Positions 32,701 to 40,259 of a DNA stretch of 40,259 nucleotides are shown here, piece by piece; position 1 is the stretch's first letter, and every line of letters begins with the position of its first letter. The position numbers were made by a program, and so were the translations under genes. The notes beneath the pieces were generated by a model that was not told where the DNA came from, ran no database searches, and saw only the letters and a program-made list of their open reading frames with translations. Source of the DNA: Cyanophora paradoxa CCMP329 (lineage: Eukaryota > Plantae > Glaucophyta); contig QPMI01000339.1 of assembly GCA_004431415.1 (NCBI GenBank), positions 1-40,259 of the forward strand, written 5' to 3'.

Positions 32701-35700
32701 AGATCAGAGCCTTATTATCAGCCAGAAGGGGAAGCAAGGTGCGCACCAGCTGGAACCGTCACCACGGCGGCCGACGTCCACGACGACGGCAGACCCGACA
32801 ACGCGTGAACGCGTGTTGCGCAGCGCAGTTCGAAGCTGCCGGCGTACGACGGCACGAGACCGACGGTGATGTTGATGCCCGATGCTGCAGCATCTGTCGT
32901 GGACGCGTTGACTGCATACGGCCCGCCGCTGCCTGAGCTCGAGCAATAGACTTCCACAGACGTCACGTTCTGGTCGGTGATGTATGACAGGCGAATGACG
33001 GCCTGTGTCGCGTTTGTTGCGCTGACGGAACTCGACAGCGGCGCCCAGGGCACGGCTGCGCAGCCGGGCAGAACGTGCAACAAGGCAAATGTGAGAGGTG
33101 CAACTGGGAGGAAGGCACGCCGCCTCGACGACGCGGAAACCAGCTGAGCGCACCTGCTGGCACCGTCACCACGGCAGCCGACGTCCACGGCGACGGCAAG
33201 CCCGTCGACGCCCGCACAAGCGCCTTGCAGCTCAGCTCAAAGCTGCCGATGTAAGACGGCACCAACCCGATGCTGACGTTCACGCTCGATGCAGAAGCAT
33301 CTGTCGTGGACGCGTTGACTGCATACGGCCCGCCGCTGCCCGAGCAAAAGACTTCCACAGACGTCACGTTCTGGTCGGTGATGTATGACACGCGAATGAC
33401 GGCCTGTGTCGCGTTCGTCGCGCTGACGGAACTCGACAGCGGCGCCCAGGGCACGGCTGCGCAGCCGAGCACAACGTGCAACAAGGCAAATGTGAGCGGT
33501 GCAACTGGGAGGAAGGCACGCCGCCTCGACGACGCAAAAAGCAGCTGAGCGCACCTGCTGGCACCGTCACCACGGCGGCCGACGTCCACGCCGACGGCAG
33601 ACCCGTCGACGCCCGCACGAGCGCCCTGCAGCTCAGCGCAAAGCTGCCGCTGTAAGATGGCACCAGCCCGACGCTGATGTTCACGCCCGACGCCGCAGCG
33701 CCCGTCACCGTCGCATTGACCGCGTACGGGCCGCCAGCACCCAAGCACTGCATTTCGACCGCCGACACGCTTTGACCGGGCGTGAACGATACGCGCACCA
33801 CTGCTTGCGTGGCGTTCCAAAACACGACGGCCGTCTCAAGCGGCGCCCATGGCGCGGCTGCAAGATGGAATGAGATCGCAAGACGCAACCAAGTTTAGAG
33901 CCTTATTATCAGCCAGAAGGGTGAGCCGCCAGGTGCGCACCAGCTGGAACCGTCACCACGGCGGCCGACGTCCACGACGACGGCAGACCCGACAACGCGT
34001 GAACGCGTGTTGCGCAGCTCAGTTCGAAGCTGCCGGCGTACGACGGCACGAGACCGACGGTGATGTTGATGCCCGATGCCGCAGCATCTGTCGTGGACGC
34101 GGTGACTGCATACGGCTCCCCGACACCCGAGCAATAGACTTCCACAGACGTCACGTTCTGGTCGGGGATGTATGACAGGCGAATGACGGCCTGTGTCGCG
34201 TTTGTTGCGCTGACGGAACTCGACAGCGGCGCCCAGGGCACGGCTGCGAAGCCGGGCAGAACGCGCAACAAGGCGAATGTGAGCGAAGCAACTGGGAGGA
34301 AGGCACGCCCTCTCGGCAACGCAAAAAGCAGCCGAGCGCACCTGCTGGTACCGTCACCAAGGCGGCCAACGTCAACGGCGACGGTAAACCCGTCGACGCC
34401 CGCACGAGCGCCCTGCAGCTCAGCGCAAAGCTGCCGCTGTACGACGGCACGAGACCGACGCTGATGTTCACGCCCGACGCCGCAGCGCCCGTCACCGTCG
34501 CATTGACCGCGTACGGGCCGCCAGCACCCAAGCACTGCATTTCGACCGCCGACACGCTTTGACCGGGCGTGAACGATACGCGCACCACTGCTTGCGTGGC
34601 GTTCCAAAACACGACGGCCGTCTCAAGCGGCGCCCATGGCGCGGCTGTCAGATCATATGAGAAGCCGAGACTAGGACACGGTCAGAGATGCAGCATGTCA
34701 TACGCACCTGCTGGCACTGTCACCAAAGCAGCCGACGTTGACGCGGATTTTAAACCCGACGACGACCCCACGAGCGCATTACAGTCTAGGTCGAAGCTAC
34801 CGCTGTATCGCGGGGGCAGTTCAAAACTGATGTTTACGACAGCCGTCATAGTATCCGCCGCCGGTGCTATTTTCAAGTCTGGCCAAAAGTCTACCCCGAC
34901 ACGCGAGCAAGATGCCTCCACTTCGTTTACGCTCTGGCCGGAGGTGAACGACACGTGGACGACTGCCTGTGTTGCGTTTGTAACTGAGACGGAAACCTGT
35001 GGTGCCCACGGCGCGGCTGCGCAGCCGAGCAGAAAGCGTGAACACACGTTTGTCAGAGTGGCCTCTGCCCAAAGCTATCAGCTAAAGAATCAGGCACCTG
35101 CTGGAACTGTCATCGTAACGGCCGATGTCCATGCGGATGCCACGCCCGTTGACGCGCGCACGAGCGCCTTGCAGCTCAAGTCGAAGCTGCCGCTGAACGA
35201 TGGCGCCAGGTCGATTCCGACTTCGAGGCCCCGCGCGTCATCGTCCGTCGCCGTCGCATTGACCGCGAACAGGCCCGTGGCGCCCGAACATACCACCTGT
35301 GCCGATGTGACGTTCTCTCCCGGCGTGAACGAGACGAGCATCACGACTCGTCTGGCGTTCACGGAAACGACGCCCGCCTCCAGCGCTGCAAAGAAGCGAA
35401 AGAAACAGGCAATCCGATCAGGCTTCTCAGCCGCTGAAAGCCGAGGCCGAGAGCGCTGCTACTGGTGCACCGGGTTCGTATTGGAGTGGCTCAGTGCAGC
35501 GCGTGTCCGACACGGATAGAGTGAATCTGCCGCTGGGAGAGGTATCTATCGAACCTGCGCGCACATAAGGCCGGCAGGCGCATGGCAAACGCGTATCTAC
35601 ACGCCCATCCCATACGCAGTGGTGCGCGTCCTAACAACCAGCGCTCCGACGGGATCGAGGGCTCCCTCGGTGCATGTACTAAAGGCTCGCACCTTCCACG

Positions 35701-38700
35701 AGGAGGTAGTACGGGTGGCCCGGCATCAGCGTGTAATACTTCTCGTTCGTCACGAGCAGCGAGCACCCCGACACTAAAAGAGCCTCAGAACATTGCGATT
35801 ACCAAAGAAGGCGATGCTTGTATAGACCGCACCCTTCGCGACGAGGAGGCTGCCTGCGGTTCCGGGGCAGCCGAAGTAGAAGGAGAGAGTTGGAAGGAAG
35901 AAGTCCGGTTTGGGCGTGCAGATGGAAATGTTTACCCTCGTCCTGGGAAGAAAAGCGCGTCAGTCTCTTTCACCCAGCGAAGAGGTCATCGAAAAACGTA
36001 CGTCGCCCTCGCGAGGCTGTGGAGGGAGAAGAGGGCCCCGGGATAGGTCCCGCCCGCGACGGGCGCGCGCCCGAGCAGCGTCGAGCTCCGCGTCCGGCAG
36101 AACGAGAGCGGCGAGGCGCTCGTGTTCGCCGAGCAGTGCGAGTCTGTTTGAGATGCGAAAGGCAAGTCAGGGGTGGCGTCGAGAATCGCGGCACGCGGGA
36201 TGAACGCACATAGTGGCGGAGGTTGCAAGCCGTCCGATTTGCAAGACTCCGATTTGCTGCACCATTAAAGACCCAGCATATGATTATGCAGATTAAGGAA
36301 TGAAAAAGCAAAGGATCATGCAGACCGCGGAAAATCAACATACGTGAGGCCGTTTTCATTGATCCACGTAGCCCACGTTCGCGACCCTTTGTTCTGCGGG
36401 AAGTACGCTATGTAGTACGTGCCTGCGCGTGTGCGCCATGACCAGGACTGGATAAAAATAATCATAGAGCACGTGGACGCGTACGTACCAGACAAGAGAA
36501 CTTTGGCATCAGTGAGAAAGCGGAGACCATTATCGACCGAATTCGCCGAATTACCCCAAGGGTAGCTGTACATCCAATCTTTTTTCTGCGAAGACATCTA
36601 CAATGAGCATTACCAAAATGCACTGGCTTAGCGCTATTGTCCGATCTGCACTGCGGGCGCACAGCAACGATGTTGGATGCCGGGTCCGCGGGGCATCCCT
36701 GGGGAGCGCGCTCGCGAGAGTGAAACTCAAAGGAGCCAAAGGAGGAAGGGGCCCGCACGTCCGTTAAGACCATTGCCTCCGACATCCAGACACACCAGTG
36801 GCCTGCCTCGCACGATCGATTCGTTATTATCCTCGAAGAGGTTTGGGCAACTGGTCCGCACCAGCGTTAGCGCTGCCGCCGTACAGGTCGCCGCTGCTGC
36901 CCTGGTTGAAGGGATGGACACACTCGGACCGGCGGGGTAAAAAGCGATTTCCGTTGTTGTCAAAACGAACTTCTCCGCTATTCAGAGAGAAGGGCAGCTC
37001 AAAGCGCATGACGTGATCAGAGATTTGGGGCAATTGAATTTCCAGGTAGTCGGTCCAGATGCCAGCCTTCTGGACCAGCCATTGCAGATTCTGCGCGCCG
37101 TGGTTGCGGTCATTGCCGCAGGTCGCGGGCCCGCCACGGCACCTGAACGCTGCGATTCCGAGCGACGACGAGGTCCTGCGAGCACGTTCCCAGGGGGACG
37201 AACTTGCAGGTGCCGTCGTCGGTCCAGTGGTCGGGCGCGTAATCGTGGTACGGGCACGCGACGGTGTCGAAGACGTCGAGGCGGAAGGCGCCGGACGCGT
37301 TGCCGAAGCCGCCCCACCGGTACGACGTGAGGCCGGGCCCCGCGACGTTCCCATACACACTGTTGCCCTGGACGAGGACGTAGTACGTGCCGGGCCGGAT
37401 CGACGCCCCTGTTGCGATCGGAACGCGTTGGGGGGCGGGAGAGACCGCAGAATATGTACGTATACGGTGTTACCATGTCGCTCTACAATTGGATCGGGCA
37501 ATGGCCACACTTCCTCTGTGCGGAACCACCCGTACAGGCGCCGCTCGTAAGACGGCATCGTCGGGTTCCCTATGTAGACCGCGAGCGATGGGTAGGTCAA
37601 TTCGAAGTTGCGCAGCGTGATCTCGAGCCCGTTGCTGCGCGCGCTCGTCAGACGATGCGCCGGCATCGAAGGCGGACCGCGCGCACTAGTCCTGCTCGAT
37701 GCGGAGGCGGGCGAGGAAGACGCCGGAGGCCTTTGCCGGCTCTGAGGCGGCGTCAAAGTACGCGCCGTCCCACTGCAGCAGCTGCCGGTGCAGCGCGCTC
37801 GGCAGCCCGGCGGTCGTATTTGGGGTGAACGAGCACATGCCGATCTCGATCCCCGAGAAGAGAGAGGCGTTGTACGCCGGGGGCCCCACCGCCCCTGTCG
37901 CACCTGCATGCGTGTTAAGAGGCGTTTCGCGGTTCTAGTAAAGATAAAAGAACGAGCAGGCTGTAGTTCACCGGGCAGAAGCACTTTGGAGACGCTGAGA
38001 AGTCGATTCAGGCTGCCTTGTCCCAAGATCGAGGCCCGCATCGCGGCGACCGAGCCGTTCACAATCGCGTCTTCGATAGCCTGCCGGCCTCGGATCATCA
38101 AACGGACGCGTCCAGCTTCTCCGCTCGGGGGCGCATGCGCACGGAGAGCGGCGAGCCCGGAAGGGCCTGAAGGTAGAGGGCAGCGACGCCGGCGGCGACG
38201 CCGGCGGCGTAGGACGTGCCGTGGAAGATGCCGGTGGTGGCGTTGAAGCCGGGCCGGCCGTTCGCGCCCGCCACCGGCGTCGGCCGCAGCGCCGACCGCA
38301 CGTTCTGCCCGGGCGCAAAGATCGTGACGCAGCTGCGCGAGCTCAAGGTGAGACTGGCGCACGAGCTTGTGGCGGGGTCCTGGGATTGCCCGGACCTGCC
38401 ATAGTTCGAGAAGCCGGCGCGGTAGTCGTCCTGGTCGCTGGCGCCGACGTTGATCGCCCCCGGCGTGTTGCCTGCGGGCGCGAAATGAGACTCCCGCTGG
38501 CTCGGCCCGCGCAGCGCGCTGGCGCGCCTGGCACGATGCTGCACGCGTCGGCGTAGTCGTTGCCCGCGGCCTGCGCAGCGCCGTCGGCTTCCGCAGCAGC
38601 CGGGCGGCGAAGTCAGGCGGTGCGCAGGGCCCTCACCGTGATCACAACAGAGCTGAACTTGCGCAGATTCGCGACGGCGGCCGTGTAGAGCGACGCGTCG

Positions 38701-39657
38701 CGGTCGACCAAGGTCGACGTCATGGCGAGCAGCGTCACGGCCCGCCGCTTGCGACTCTGAATGGCGAGGCGGACCTGTTCCAGCCCTGGACACGGGCGGG
38801 CGACCATGATCAGATGGAACAAGCGGCGGACGATGATCAGGGCCTGGCGGCGGCACGGGAAACAAGGCGCTAGAGGGAGGGAGCAGGAGAGCGAACCAGC
38901 CAGCACGGCGCTGTCCAGTGCCGGGCCAGTGCAGTCACTGGCGGCCCCGCTGGAGCGCGCGAAGACCTTGACGGAGAGGACGGTGGCCCCCGGGGCGACG
39001 CCGAGCGTGCGGCCGGCGGCAGCGGCGGCGACGGCCGTCCCGTGCGACTCGGGCGAGCAGTCGCTCCCCAGGAGCTCGCTGCCCGGCGCGTACAGCGCCG
39101 AGTCGACGTCGTAGAGGGGGACCTGCGCCGCCGCCGTGTCCAGGCCGCGGTCGCACGCGGGAGGGGGCGGGGCGCACGACGCGGCCCTCGAGCTCGGGGT
39201 GCGTGGCGAGCACGCCCGTGTCGACGACGTAGATGTCCACGCCGGCCCCGTCCACCGTCCCCCGGTCGAAGCGGCCGTCGAGCGGGCCCGACGCCTGGTC
39301 GAGCCTGCACGCGCCGCCGGGGCTCAGGGACAGCCGCGCGGCCGCGCGCGCGCGCCGCGGGGCGGGGCACCGGTCGAGGTGCCAGGGGACGACGTCGCCC
39401 CAGGGCTGCGGGCCGTAGCCCAGCGCGGTGAAGTCCACCGCCTGCGCCGCCGACACCGCCTGCGCCGCGTCGGGCCGGCGCGTGGCGCGCGGGGCGCGGG
39501 GGGCGCGGACGGCGTCGGGGCGACGAGCGCGACGAGCGCGTGGGAGCGGAGCGACGCCGCATCCTCGGCGCCATCCTGCCGCGGCGAGCGAGTCACCGAA
39601 GACATGGGAGAGGGGAGACGGAAGGGGGGGCTTCTCGGGGAAAGAGGGGGATGGGGG

Positions 39658-39690
<33 letters not shown>

Positions 39691-40259
39691 CGGTGGGCGG
39701 GGAAGACCGGAAGGCATCGCGGGAGGCAGGGAAAGAGCGAGGGGCAAGGGAAGCGTTGGAGAGGCGGGGGCGGGGGGAGGGGAGGGAGGGGGGGAAGGGG
39801 GAACTACGGGAGGGGAAGAGGCGGAAGCGGGAAGAGAGGAGAGGGGAGACGGAAGGGGGGATAAAGGGGGGCGGAGGGGAGAAGAGGAAGCGGGAGGAAA
39901 CGGGAAGGAGGAGAGAGGAGGAGGGGGGGGGGAGTTCTGAAGGGCTGACTAGGAAAGATAGAGCAAATGGGTTGGGAGGAGGGATGGACTTCATGTTGTG
40001 CGGAGAGGGAGGGGGGGGGAGGAAGAGAAGAGGGGGGAGGGGGAAGAGAGGAGTGAGGAGGTAGGGAAAGGCAGACAAGGAGGGGGAGGGGGAGGGCGAA
40101 AGGGAGGAAAGGGGTTACTACGGTAAAGGGAAGCATGGGGAAGGGAAGCGTGGGAAGTTTTCCCGAGGGAAAATGGGAGAGAAGTGCACTGCGGCATCCC
40201 GAGAGGAGAAATGCAGCCCAAGAGGAGAAGGAGGGGTTGAGGGGGACGGATGGGGAGGG
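23767..40259 (-). CDS. Giant multi-exon subtilase-FN3-Kelch-TM-kinase receptor, copy 2 (5' end beyond window)
   Basis: Colinear with copy 1 at ~20.0 kb (kinase end) to ~20.7 kb (protease end) offset. Same intron positions; kinase motifs and the S8 DTG/HGT/AAGN/GTS motifs are retained; stop at 23767. Single-base slips in G/C runs (e.g. ~26893, ~39567). Confidence 0.8.
28495..35390 (-). repeat. Array of 18 one-exon FN3-like domains (15 similar + 3 divergent), with a 1978-bp higher-order repeat
   Basis: Same unit as in copy 1; near-identical ORFs recur 1978 bp apart (29893/31871/33849; 30613/32591; 31292/33270). Confidence 0.9.
37970..39420 (-). CDS. Peptidase S8 domain of copy 2
   Basis: VDIYVVDTGV, SHGTAVA, AAGNDY, FSNYG and GTSYAAGVAAGVAALYL are all present. 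Confidence 0.9.
39576..40259 (-). other. Long purine-skewed prodomain intron of copy 2 (partial)
   Basis: Same acceptor context (GGCAG|GATGGCG) and shared blocks with the copy 1 intron, e.g. GATGGACTTCATGTTGTGCGGAGA. Confidence 0.75.

Noticed and set aside
23767-40259. Calling copy 2 a pseudogene
   Set aside because: The observed slips are single bases in G/C homopolymers, similar slips affect the other genes, and catalytic motifs and splice sites are intact; sequencing error is more parsimonious.

Overview
Eukaryotic, very GC-rich, intron-dense DNA (introns mostly ~50-95 nt), so nearly all listed six-frame ORFs are exon fragments or GC-driven artefacts. Manual splicing gives four elements. 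(i) The 3' part of a + strand alpha-helical/TPR-like gene (1-~2.2 kb). (ii) A ~16.6 kb minus-strand gene (20383-3755) encoding one giant receptor: N-terminal hydrophobic anchor, I9-type prodomain, proteinase-K-like S8 subtilase with intact D/H/N/S residues, aromatic-rich PPC-like modules, ~16 one-exon FN3-like repeats, Kelch-like region, Pro/Thr linker, SEA-like domain, TM helix and intact TKL-type protein kinase. (iii) A ~2 kb poly(A)-tailed, TSD-flanked retroposon with a tiny inverted second copy at the same target site. (iv) A second tandem paralogue of the receptor (>40259-23767) with ~18 repeats. The paralogues are near-identical in the kinase and in many introns, but differ sharply in the protease substrate-binding strands and the adjacent PPC-like exons. 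This is the best candidate for an undescribed system: a diversifying family of protease-tipped receptor kinases. The host looks like a GC-rich protist/alga (glaucophyte-like intron style is only a guess). Exon boundaries are manual calls without RNA data.
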